64,000 nt of DNA from a virus: the IMG/VR virus record IMGVR_UViG_3300044655_002046; one strand, written 5' to 3'. Below are positions 18,630 through 27,019 of this stretch, one piece after another. Each line of letters opens with the position of its first letter. Position 1 is the first letter of the stretch. Position numbers and translations under genes: made by a program. The notes beneath the pieces were generated by a model. That model was not told the origin of the DNA, ran no database searches, and saw only the letters and a list, made by a program, of their open reading frames with translations.

Positions 18630-19737
18630 GGAGTTGCATCAAGTCTGGAAACAATGGTTGGCGGCTTATCGATGGATCTACAACCAAACAATTAATTTAC
18701 TTCGCCAAGGTGCCAAACCTAATATCTATGATATGCAAGCCGAGCTTCGGGATTTAGCCAAGCCCGAATGGGTTAAAAACTTACCCGGACACCAGTTACA
18801 AGAAGCCGTTGCGGATGCTTGTGACGCGCATCGACAGGCTATTGCTAACAAGGGTTCCGCTTACTTAAAGTCATGCCGAGCAACGTCGCAAGTCATCAAA
18901 TTCAAGGCGGGAAATTTCAAAAAGGGGACGTGGTATCCTTTACTTACCAAAGGATTATCTTTTACGTCCCCCCAAGAAATTCCCTCTCATTGCAATTATG
19001 GCACCCAGTTGGTTTACGCTCGGCGGCAATGGTTTGCCTGCTTTCCTGTGTTAAAACCAATTGAGTTGACCAGTGAAAATCGAGTTATCGCTCTAGACCC
19101 AGGAGTAAGAACCTTTTTAACTGGTTATGACGGAGAAACTGTTTTAGAAGTTGGCGGGAAAGACATCGGAGCAATACATCGTCTTTGCCTGCATCTCGAC
19201 CAACTCTGCTCTTGGATTAGCACGTCTAAATCAAAACGTCAGCGTTACAAAATGCGTCGGGCCGCTAGTCGGCTTCGGGGTCGGATTCAAAATTTAATCA
19301 AAGACCTTCATGCTAAAACTGCGTCATTTTTGGTTCAGCATTACAAACTTATCTTTTTGCCCACTTTTGAGACGGGCCAAATGGTCTCAAAATCCACCCG
19401 GAAGCTCAACAAGAAATCGGCACGGAATCTCTTAACATGGAGTCACTACCGATTCGCTCAACACTTACAGCAAACAGCAGATAGGCATAGTGTTTTAGTG
19501 ATTCGTTGCAACGAGTCCTATACATCCAAAACCTGTCCCGAGTGCGGGCATATTCACGAAAAACTGGGTGGTTCCAAGGTCTTTAAGTGTCCTCATTGTG
19601 GATATCAAGCGCCACGAGATTGGCACGGCGCACGAAATATTATGTTTCGTGCTTTGCAGGCAACAGCCGTTATCTTTCGAGATGATGCCGTACTTTTTCA
19701 AGGTTTGAGTAGCGATACTCAACTTTGTTTAGGTTAA
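18331..19737 (+). CDS. tnpB: IS607 TnpB with Fanzor-type rearranged RuvC (start uncertain; frame open from 18010)
   Basis: RuvC-I ALDPGVR; IFLPTF replaces canonical xxEDL; NESYTSKTCPECG; CPHCG..RDWHGARNI. Confidence 0.9.
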   Translation: MSACLPLPILTDSLDLGSHLLSGFVSRVNANSWFSMNLNSLPTKNSFKIFCPSSTVSLLGFTDCENTKSKPKRPFKKNPRNKSKKEKPNSVLKIRVFPSRELHQVWKQWLAAYRWIYNQTINLLRQGAKPNIYDMQAELRDLAKPEWVKNLPGHQLQEAVADACDAHRQAIANKGSAYLKSCRATSQVIKFKAGNFKKGTWYPLLTKGLSFTSPQEIPSHCNYGTQLVYARRQWFACFPVLKPIELTSENRVIALDPGVRTFLTGYDGETVLEVGGKDIGAIHRLCLHLDQLCSWISTSKSKRQRYKMRRAASRLRGRIQNLIKDLHAKTASFLVQHYKLIFLPTFETGQMVSKSTRKLNKKSARNLLTWSHYRFAQHLQQTADRHSVLVIRCNESYTSKTCPECGHIHEKLGGSKVFKCPHCGYQAPRDWHGARNIMFRALQATAVIFRDDAVLFQGLSSDTQLCLG

Positions 19738-20398
19738 ATGTTGCACACAATAGGTCTAGCGCACCAACGTAACGGAGGATGTTTCCCTCCGTCCTACTCG
19801 CTGGCGGCGTCCACTAGAGTCAGAATTAACCTACCGCGCTTGACGTAACCGATGCCAAGTCTTGTATATTTAGCCCTATCTTGTTTACTCAGTATTACTA
19901 CTTAGCGGGGCACGGCGTGCGGAGGTGAAGCGTATGGGTTTACCCTGTTCCGCTCGAACTTCACGGCTCACTGTGTCTTTTAATCTATAGATACCGGCCC
20001 CTCTCTGATGCCTACATCAATCAACTGATTAAGGCAAATGAGAGGGCGGTAAATAGGAGGTCATCGGTACCGCCTATCGGCGGTTTAAGGAACCTTAGCC
20101 ATTCCTTCTACTATTATAGCATAGGTTTTTAATTCTGGTGTAAAATATTTATTAGGCGGGGCCCCCCTCAAATGGAGGGGCTTCTCTACCACAAATACAC
20201 AGGAGATAGCTATGGAAGAGATTACCATAATTGAATTTTTAATTGATTCAATTAAAGAAGAAAAACCTTTGTATAGTAATGAACAATGCTTAAATGTAGC
20301 TCTAGAGATAATCACAGCTAACTTTCCCATTTGTGCATCAAAATATTTCAAAGGAGAGCCGTAGAAACTTTAACAACGGGGGTGGGCCCCGTATTTTT

Positions 20399-22429
20399 AT
20401 GATTACTACAATTGATTTCCGTGATATCCAGGCCGCATGTATTAAACAACTAGACAATATGTGTAAGGATAAGCAGCCCTTATTTGTTGTCGACGTATCA
20501 GGAGATGTACTCTGGCAGACCTACCTCGATGCATTCCCCGCACACGAGCGGCAGGCGCATAACTGTAATGCCTGTCGACAATTTATTAAGAAGGCGGGGG
20601 GCCTCGTTAAACCAGATGAGAATTATAATCTCATCAGTATATGGAATATAACTGCCCCAGGTTACTTACAGGCAGTAGTTGATAAGCTCAATGCTCTAGT
20701 GACAGGGGCCCGCATTCGAGACACGTTCTTATTAAGTCGTAGTGAATTAGCTGTAGGGCACGCAAGTGACTTGCAGCGTCTAGAGGACGGTACTACTATT
20801 AAATGGCATCATCTATACTATAAGTTTCCTACAGCTTATGCCTCTGATGATGTAAATGGTAATCAGAGTGATGCCCGTAATAAGACGGCGGGCCTCAAGC
20901 GAGATCTAGAAGAGATCTCTATTGACTCAGTGAATATTGTCCTCGAACTCATCGATCAAGGTGCTCTCTATCGCGGTGCTGAGTTTAAGCCACTGTTAAC
21001 TAAGTTTCTAGCCCTACAAAAGGCCCATCGCCAGAATCGCCTGCGTAATCCTAATTTTACCGAGGAGCAGCATAAAACTTTCTGCTGGGTCATGTCTGCT
21101 AAACTTAAGCCTATCCGCAATACAGCTATCGGTACTCTGCTAACTGATATTAGTGAGGGACGCGATCTAGATAAGGCTGTTACATCTTATGAGAGTAAGG
21201 TGGCCCCCGAGAACTATCGTCGTCCTACTGCCATCGTTACTGAGAATATGAAGGCTAGAGCCCGGGCTGACTTTCTCGCTATGGGCTTCAGTCAGTCTAG
21301 TCTAGAACGTCGTCAGGCTACTATCGATGATGTCCCTATTGATCAGTGGTTATACGTTGATCGAGCACCAACGGCTGTCGAGACTGACTTCTTCGACAAT
21401 ATGCTTGTAGTCTCCCGCCCGCCTACGACTCCGCAGAATATCAGCTTCAGCGAGTTCCTTACTAACGTAGTACCCCATACCACATCTATGGAGATTCTAC
21501 TTGAGGATAGACTAATAAGTAATTTAGTTACTATGACGGCCCCTGTAGATACGGATACCCCTAGCTTCTTCCAATGGTCTAATGGTATGGGCTGGAGCTA
21601 TAATAATCAGTTAGCTGATAGTAGTCGTCAGCGTGTCAAGGCTGCGGGCGGTAAGATAGACGGGGCCCTGTGCTGTCGGTTGATGTGGTATAATACTGAT
21701 GACTTAGATCTTCATCTTAAGTTTAACGGCAATGAAATCTACTACGGAAATAAGAGGGCCTGTGGCGGTGAACTCGATGTAGATGCTAATGCTGGTTCTT
21801 TTAGTGTAACTGATACCCCCGTTGAGAATATAGTATTTGCCAATAAGGCACCTAATGCTGAGTATCTACTGTCTGTTAATCAGTTTAAGAAACGTAGTAA
21901 TGCTGATATCGGCTTCCAGGTAGACATCGAGACGGAGGGGGGCCAGTTCTATACCTTCACGTATGAGACCCTGATGCCTACTAGAAAAACTGTAAACGTA
22001 GCCCGCTTCAGTATGGTTAATGGTGTGCTAAAATTAAATACAGATAGTGGTTTACTTAAACCATCTAGTGCTACAGGCCGCTCTCTTATTACGTGGGGTA
22101 TGGGCACTAATCAGTGGCAGAAGGTCCGTCTCATTACTACCAGTCCCAATCACTGGGGGGATACACAGCACGGTAACTTACACTTCTTTATCTTCTTAGA
22201 TAAGGCTGTATCCGAGGGGCCCATCCGCCCCTTCTTTAATGAGTTTATTCGCGCTGATCTCGTAGTAGATCATAAGCGCGTGTTCGAGTTACTAGGCAGC
22301 ATTATACCAGTTAGCAGTACGCCTAATGGACTTGCTGGCTTAGGCTTCTCTAGTACCACTCGTGCTAATTTCACATGTCGCGTGGGGGATAGCTCCACAC
22401 GTAGGCGTACTTTCAATGTCACATTCTAG
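20399..22429 (+). CDS. large conserved phage protein with C-terminal YfaP/DUF2135-like region
   Basis: HNCNACRQFIKKAGG; WYNTDDLDLH...ELDVDANAG...PVENIVF. Confidence 0.7.
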   Translation: MITTIDFRDIQAACIKQLDNMCKDKQPLFVVDVSGDVLWQTYLDAFPAHERQAHNCNACRQFIKKAGGLVKPDENYNLISIWNITAPGYLQAVVDKLNALVTGARIRDTFLLSRSELAVGHASDLQRLEDGTTIKWHHLYYKFPTAYASDDVNGNQSDARNKTAGLKRDLEEISIDSVNIVLELIDQGALYRGAEFKPLLTKFLALQKAHRQNRLRNPNFTEEQHKTFCWVMSAKLKPIRNTAIGTLLTDISEGRDLDKAVTSYESKVAPENYRRPTAIVTENMKARARADFLAMGFSQSSLERRQATIDDVPIDQWLYVDRAPTAVETDFFDNMLVVSRPPTTPQNISFSEFLTNVVPHTTSMEILLEDRLISNLVTMTAPVDTDTPSFFQWSNGMGWSYNNQLADSSRQRVKAAGGKIDGALCCRLMWYNTDDLDLHLKFNGNEIYYGNKRACGGELDVDANAGSFSVTDTPVENIVFANKAPNAEYLLSVNQFKKRSNADIGFQVDIETEGGQFYTFTYETLMPTRKTVNVARFSMVNGVLKLNTDSGLLKPSSATGRSLITWGMGTNQWQKVRLITTSPNHWGDTQHGNLHFFIFLDKAVSEGPIRPFFNEFIRADLVVDHKRVFELLGSIIPVSSTPNGLAGLGFSSTTRANFTCRVGDSSTRRRTFNVTF

Positions 22430-22436
22430 AGGAACT

Positions 22437-22838
22437 ATGGAACTCAATATCATTATTGGTGCTCTCGTTGGTCGGTACCGCTTTCCCTCTGTTAGCGGTG
22501 ACCTCACGCTTGAGGATCTATTCTGTCTTAACCTCAGGTCTAAATCAACCAATACACCCTCTCTTAATAATGTTGCTATTGAGCTTAACAAGCGTATCAT
22601 AGCCTGCGGTGGCGTAGACTTCGTCGATGATAGCAACGAGATTATTATTTTACAAAGAAAGCTCGACATAGTCAAATTTGTCATTGCTCATGTTAAGAGC
22701 CGCGCTGAGGCCACTAAGCAGGCCCTCGCTAAAGAGGAGAATCGACAGAACTTACTAGCCCTCATTGAGCGTAAGAAGAATGATCTCCTCGCTGAAGAGA
22801 GTATCGAAGAGTTAGAGCAGCGCCTCGCTGCCCTATAG
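22437..22838 (+). CDS. conserved phage coiled-coil protein (partner of the upstream gene)
   Basis: RYRFPS..GDLTLEDLF.L...LNNVAIEL; coiled-coil C-terminus. Confidence 0.7.
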   Translation: MELNIIIGALVGRYRFPSVSGDLTLEDLFCLNLRSKSTNTPSLNNVAIELNKRIIACGGVDFVDDSNEIIILQRKLDIVKFVIAHVKSRAEATKQALAKEENRQNLLALIERKKNDLLAEESIEELEQRLAAL

Positions 22839-22885
22839 AAGCCAAAGTAATAGCTAAAGGATGGGGTTTCAGCCCCATTTTTCTG
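22834..22885 (+). mobile_element. isolated IsrB-element right-end remnant
   Basis: gctaaaggatggggtttcagccccattttt matches the right end at 38600-38634; followed by ATGA. Confidence 0.65.
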
Positions 22886-23044
22886 ATGATTAACGACCAA
22901 CCACACTGGTACACAACAGAGTACCTCAACAGATTTAATATTCAACTACTAACAGAGTCCGACAAGTCCGAGGCATAAGAAGATACGGTCATCTTCCACG
23001 GACCCTTTAAAACAGTAGAAGAAGCTATAGAGTTTGAGAAAGAA

Positions 23045-23230
23045 GTGCCTTATTGTACTTGGACTTGGGAGGAAGAAGGGACGACTTGGGAGGAAGAAGG
23101 GGCTTGGAATACCTCATGTGTCCACCAGTTTGTCGTTAACAACGGCACCCCTTTAGAGAACGGTATGATTTACTGTTGTTACTGCGGACGAAAGCTAAAG
23201 AAGGCCCGCGCTTCACCAACCTCGTCGTAG
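23045..23230 (+). CDS. small Cys-rich protein, 3' end hit by the omegaRNA element
   Basis: YCTW...SCVH...YCCYCGRK; scaffold begins at 23212 inside the ORF. Confidence 0.55.
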   Translation: MPYCTWTWEEEGTTWEEEGAWNTSCVHQFVVNNGTPLENGMIYCCYCGRKLKKARASPTSS

Positions 23231-23428
23231 AACGGCGAGGATTGCCGGAATCAACTCCGGCGACGTAAGAGGCGAATAGCCCGTAGAGCCGCTAGATGTT
23301 ACAGACTTCCGAATGCTTCCCTAGTTCGGACAAACTCTAAGCCCGATTGGTCAGGCGTTGGGTAAAGCCAAGACATATTTCTAGCGGTGGGCGAAGGGAC
23401 TTTAACTCAACTCTTGAGGATTATCTCC
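23212..23428 (+). ncRNA. IsrB/IscB omegaRNA scaffold (stand-alone copy)
   Basis: Aligns end to end with 37264-37477, including acagacttccgaat.cttccctagttcgga and gaagggactttaact..actctt.aggattatctccATG. Confidence 0.8.
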
Positions 23429-24436
23429 ATGCAAAGAGTACACGTAATTTCCCTAGACAATCGACCTTTAATGTCGACCAAAGCGAGTCGGGCGAGACGG
23501 TGGATTCAATCCGGCAAAGCGCAGTTAAATAGTATCGTAGCCACTCATTATAATACCAGCCCGAGCTGGGTCAAACACAGGAGCATCATGACAGATGATA
23601 TGCCTCTTAAAGAGCAACAAGAGAAATTTATGCAAATGCCCGATGAGAATATTGATTATTCAGATATTCCTCCCCTAGGTGATAAATTTTTCAAGAATGC
23701 TAAACTGGTCAAACCAAATCCACAAACAGAGCAAAAAGGAATGATTTCTATTATGAAACTTAAAGGCACTATTCGGGTATTTTTAGAAGGTTCAGAAGAT
23801 GGACTCCAGCGCCTAGCAGATTTACATCAATCGGGGGAATTGCAGGCCCTTTTCAATGAACTTAAACCAGACAATATGCCCAAAATTGTCGTCACAAAAG
23901 TCGAGTTCACTACAGATGCAAAAGTTAAAGTCGAGTTCTCTACAGATGCAAAAGTTATTGAAAAAGCCAAATTAATTAAGGCAATTCGAGAGGGAACAAT
24001 CGATAAGACAACTCTACAACAAGTTGATTTAAGTGGAGCTGACCTGAGAAGAGTTAACCTGTGGGGGGTTAAACCGAGTGAGACTGACCTGAGTGAGGCT
24101 AACCTGAGTGGGGCTAACCTAAGTGGGGCTGACCTGTGGAAAGCTGACCTGTGGAAGGCTAACCTGAGTGCGGCTAACCTAAGTGAGGCTGACTTGAGTG
24201 GGGCTGACTTGAGTGGGGCTATCCTGAGTGGGGCTATCCTGAAAAGAGCTGACCTGAGTGGGGCTGACCTGTGGAGGGCTAACCTAATTGAGGCTGACCT
24301 AAGTAGTAGTAACCTGAGTGGGGCCGACCTGAGTGGGGCTGGCGTTGAAAACGCTATCTTTATCAATGCAACGGGGATCACCCCTGAACAAAAGCAGGAT
24401 TTAATTCGACGAGGGGCAATTTTTGCAGAGATTTAG
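23429..24436 (+). CDS. chimera: IsrB PLMP/RRXRR N-terminus, BrnA-antitoxin-like segment, pentapeptide repeat protein
   Basis: MQRVHVISLDNRPLMSTKASRARRWI; ENIDYSDIPPLGDKFFKNA; pentapeptide repeats; internal AGGAG plus ATG at 23588. Confidence 0.75.
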   Translation: MQRVHVISLDNRPLMSTKASRARRWIQSGKAQLNSIVATHYNTSPSWVKHRSIMTDDMPLKEQQEKFMQMPDENIDYSDIPPLGDKFFKNAKLVKPNPQTEQKGMISIMKLKGTIRVFLEGSEDGLQRLADLHQSGELQALFNELKPDNMPKIVVTKVEFTTDAKVKVEFSTDAKVIEKAKLIKAIREGTIDKTTLQQVDLSGADLRRVNLWGVKPSETDLSEANLSGANLSGADLWKADLWKANLSAANLSEADLSGADLSGAILSGAILKRADLSGADLWRANLIEADLSSSNLSGADLSGAGVENAIFINATGITPEQKQDLIRRGAIFAEI

Positions 24437-24656
24437 GTAGGGTTGGCTGAATAAATGTGAAATATAGACAAGTTAAGGGGTTTGGCGGTCTGGACCAAAC
24501 AGCTGCAAGATTTTCAAGCTGGTGGCTCAAAAACCTTGTATCTTAACCGGCGGCCGCCCCCGTACTCAATGTCTCTCTAAGTTTTATTGGTAAATAGAAA
24601 ACTCAGTTTGAAGACCGAGGTATCCCTGGATTAAAATTATCATATCAAGGAGCATC

Positions 24657-24905
24657 ATGGAAGAATTAAAAGCAATTTATAATGACAGGGTTGTATACGG
24701 ACTGGCTGATAGCAGTAATGTGTATATCGACGCTGTGTCTTTAGAAAAGGTGCTTAGTCGTAGAATTTACTCAAAGCTCATGGAGTCAGATAGACTATGG
24801 GTATCAGCAGATGATCTAGCTATGGTTCTAGAGGATAATAATTGCCCTACGGATGATTTCGAGGAGTGGTTGACATCTATCCGCAAACAACCACAAAAAC
24901 AATAA
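24657..24905 (+). CDS. hypothetical protein (BRO-like)
   Basis: 82-aa ORF, AGGAG RBS, VYIDAVSLEKVL. Confidence 0.55.
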   Translation: MEELKAIYNDRVVYGLADSSNVYIDAVSLEKVLSRRIYSKLMESDRLWVSADDLAMVLEDNNCPTDDFEEWLTSIRKQPQKQ

Positions 24906-24947
24906 TGGTTAATGGTAGGCTCTTTAATCTATATCGTGTAATAAATC

Positions 24948-25454
24948 ATGCCTAACATAAGAACCTACATCTTCAATAATACCGTAATACGGGTAATCAT
25001 CAAATGTAAGCAGCCCTGGTTTGTAAAGGACGACATACTCAGTGTATTAGACCTTCGCGACACAGAGGTGCTAAATCCTAAGGAGTGCGCTACCTTTACT
25101 ATTACTGATACTAATAGTACAAAGGATATACCTGTTATATCCATGCGGGCTGTGTATAGGCTTGTCTATATGCAGCAGGACGTAAATAAGACAAATAACC
25201 TTGTTTTGTTCCTGCGCCGTGTAGGAGACGCAGTGGTAGGAGACTATAGAAACACTAGCTTATCTAGGTATCGGCATAGAGCCACTAGCTTATCTAGGTA
25301 TCGGCGGGGCCATTGGCTTGATCTCGAGATTATCTTAATCCTCCTGGTTACTATAACTATGTCGAATTTACTCACGCCGCATAAACATACAGCGATATCC
25401 CCACTTAATGGTATGTTGTCTGTAGATACAGTAGAGGCCCACAATTACAAATAG
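24948..25454 (+). CDS. BRO-N domain protein with internal 23-bp duplication (25253-25275, 25283-25305)
   Basis: YIFNNTVIRVII..QPWFVKDDILSVL; TSLSRYR twice. Confidence 0.7.
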   Translation: MPNIRTYIFNNTVIRVIIKCKQPWFVKDDILSVLDLRDTEVLNPKECATFTITDTNSTKDIPVISMRAVYRLVYMQQDVNKTNNLVLFLRRVGDAVVGDYRNTSLSRYRHRATSLSRYRRGHWLDLEIILILLVTITMSNLLTPHKHTAISPLNGMLSVDTVEAHNYK

Positions 25455-25531
25455 AGCCCGGCGCGCTCTCTGACTATCTGATTAGTCTTGCAGCAAGCGT
25501 GAACGGAGCGTTAACTTATTGAGATATAAAT

Positions 25532-26602
25532 ATGGCTAAGAATGAGATCTCAGAGCAACTTAAGCTTGCTCGAAAGCTAGATACTGAGCTTAAGGCAAAG
25601 TGCCCTAATTATATGGGGGGCCTCGGCTCTACTAGTTCTATCGAGCCTACTACTTTTACACCCAGTGGTATATTCTCACTGGATTATGTATTAGGAGGCG
25701 GGTGGCCCGCAGGTAAGATAGTAGAGATTGCAGGTGAGACTAGTGTGGGTAAGACCACACTCATGAAACAATGCGTTAGTCTATTACAGGCTAAAGGATA
25801 CTGGGCAGCGTGGTTAGATCACGAGAAGTCATTCGAGGTCGGCTATGCTCAGATGATGGGTATGAAGATGGACCAGATAGCCATGTTCCGCCCCGATACA
25901 GGGGAGGAGGGTATGGATAGTCTTATTACTCTATTAGGCAGTGGTGTAGTCAAAATTGTCGTCATTGACTCAGTAGCGAATATGATATCCGCCGTTGAGA
26001 TGGAGAAAGGCTCTGCTGATACTACTGTTGCTCAGCTGGCCCGCCTGCTTAGTAAGAAGCTACCTCAAGTAGTCAATGCTGCTAGTAAGACTGGTGCTAC
26101 CGTAGTGCTGATTAATCAGTATCGCACTAAGGTAGGTAGTTACGGGGCCCCCGTCGGCTCCACAGGTGGTAAGGCCCTGGCCTATAATGCTGCTATACAA
26201 CTGCGGCTAGGACGGGGGGACCCCCTTAAGCAGCGGGGCGTTATAACTGGCATGACTATTACAGTCAAGAACACTAAGAATAGAGTAGCTATCCCCTTTC
26301 GTGAGGCAGAGTTAGATTTACTATTACCCTATACAGGACCCAATGGGGATCTGCTGGCGGGCGTAGATTTAGTGGGTGACATTGTACGTCAGGCCGTTAA
26401 GACTGGTATAGTTACTCGTAGTGGGGCCTTCTATACCCTACCTGATGGCTCTAAGTTCCAGGGTCTAGCAGCAGTTCGTGCTGGTATTAACCAGAGTATG
26501 CTAGATTCTATTTACAATCAGTTGTCAGAGTATGATAAACAAGACAACGCAGCAGTACAAGGTGATGACATCGAAGAAACAATTAACGACGAGCATGTAT
26601 GA
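25532..26602 (+). CDS. recA: RecA recombinase
   Basis: SLDYVLGGGWPAGKIVEIAGETSVGKTT; IVVIDSV; LINQYR; GGKALAY. Confidence 0.95.
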   Translation: MAKNEISEQLKLARKLDTELKAKCPNYMGGLGSTSSIEPTTFTPSGIFSLDYVLGGGWPAGKIVEIAGETSVGKTTLMKQCVSLLQAKGYWAAWLDHEKSFEVGYAQMMGMKMDQIAMFRPDTGEEGMDSLITLLGSGVVKIVVIDSVANMISAVEMEKGSADTTVAQLARLLSKKLPQVVNAASKTGATVVLINQYRTKVGSYGAPVGSTGGKALAYNAAIQLRLGRGDPLKQRGVITGMTITVKNTKNRVAIPFREAELDLLLPYTGPNGDLLAGVDLVGDIVRQAVKTGIVTRSGAFYTLPDGSKFQGLAAVRAGINQSMLDSIYNQLSEYDKQDNAAVQGDDIEETINDEHV

Positions 26603-27018
26603 CAAATAAGACAACACAACCTCAGTATAAGGTGACACCACCAACTCCGAAACAATTAGCAAATATGACGCTATTAGAATTAACGAGTAGTATAGCTAGT
26701 CACAAGCAGGCTCTGCAGGTTATTGGTGAGTATATGAATAAGCATCTTAAGGATGCAGGCTATACGGCCCATCAATCTTATAGTGCCCCGCCCCATTATA
26801 CTGATGGGCATAGTGATATGGGCAGTGATGCTAATATGGGGGTTAACAATTATACCCCTACCAGCGCGCCATCTCTATTCGATGGACATCTAGTTATCGT
26901 AGATAGCACACTAGAGGACGAGTTCGGAAGAAGTAACGACCTGTCTACTGAGGATATTATAGGAGAGCGTGAACGGCTCGACCTATTAACTAAGATAAGA
27001 AACAGCCAGCAAGACTAA
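26599..27018 (+). CDS. hypothetical protein
   Basis: 139-aa ORF coupled between recA and nrdA. Confidence 0.6.
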   Translation: MTNKTTQPQYKVTPPTPKQLANMTLLELTSSIASHKQALQVIGEYMNKHLKDAGYTAHQSYSAPPHYTDGHSDMGSDANMGVNNYTPTSAPSLFDGHLVIVDSTLEDEFGRSNDLSTEDIIGERERLDLLTKIRNSQQD

Positions 27019-27019
27019 T

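Larger units (their letters stand above)
17924..19754 (+). mobile_element. IS607-family element (ends approximate)
   Basis: Serine-recombinase tnpA plus overlapping tnpB; host-like composition; TAG(G) core at both suspected ends. Confidence 0.85.

Noticed and set aside
23194-23211. Self-target for the stand-alone omegaRNA guide at 4781 or ~29238
   Set aside because: Only 9-12 nt matches, driven by GGCCC richness and not followed by ATGA.
24466-24562. Possible multi-hairpin ncRNA (GTTTGG/CCAAAC, AGCT/AGCT, GTTAAG/CTTAAC)
   Set aside because: Stems are short, no promoter or homolog was seen, and it is probably host-derived intergenic repeat DNA.
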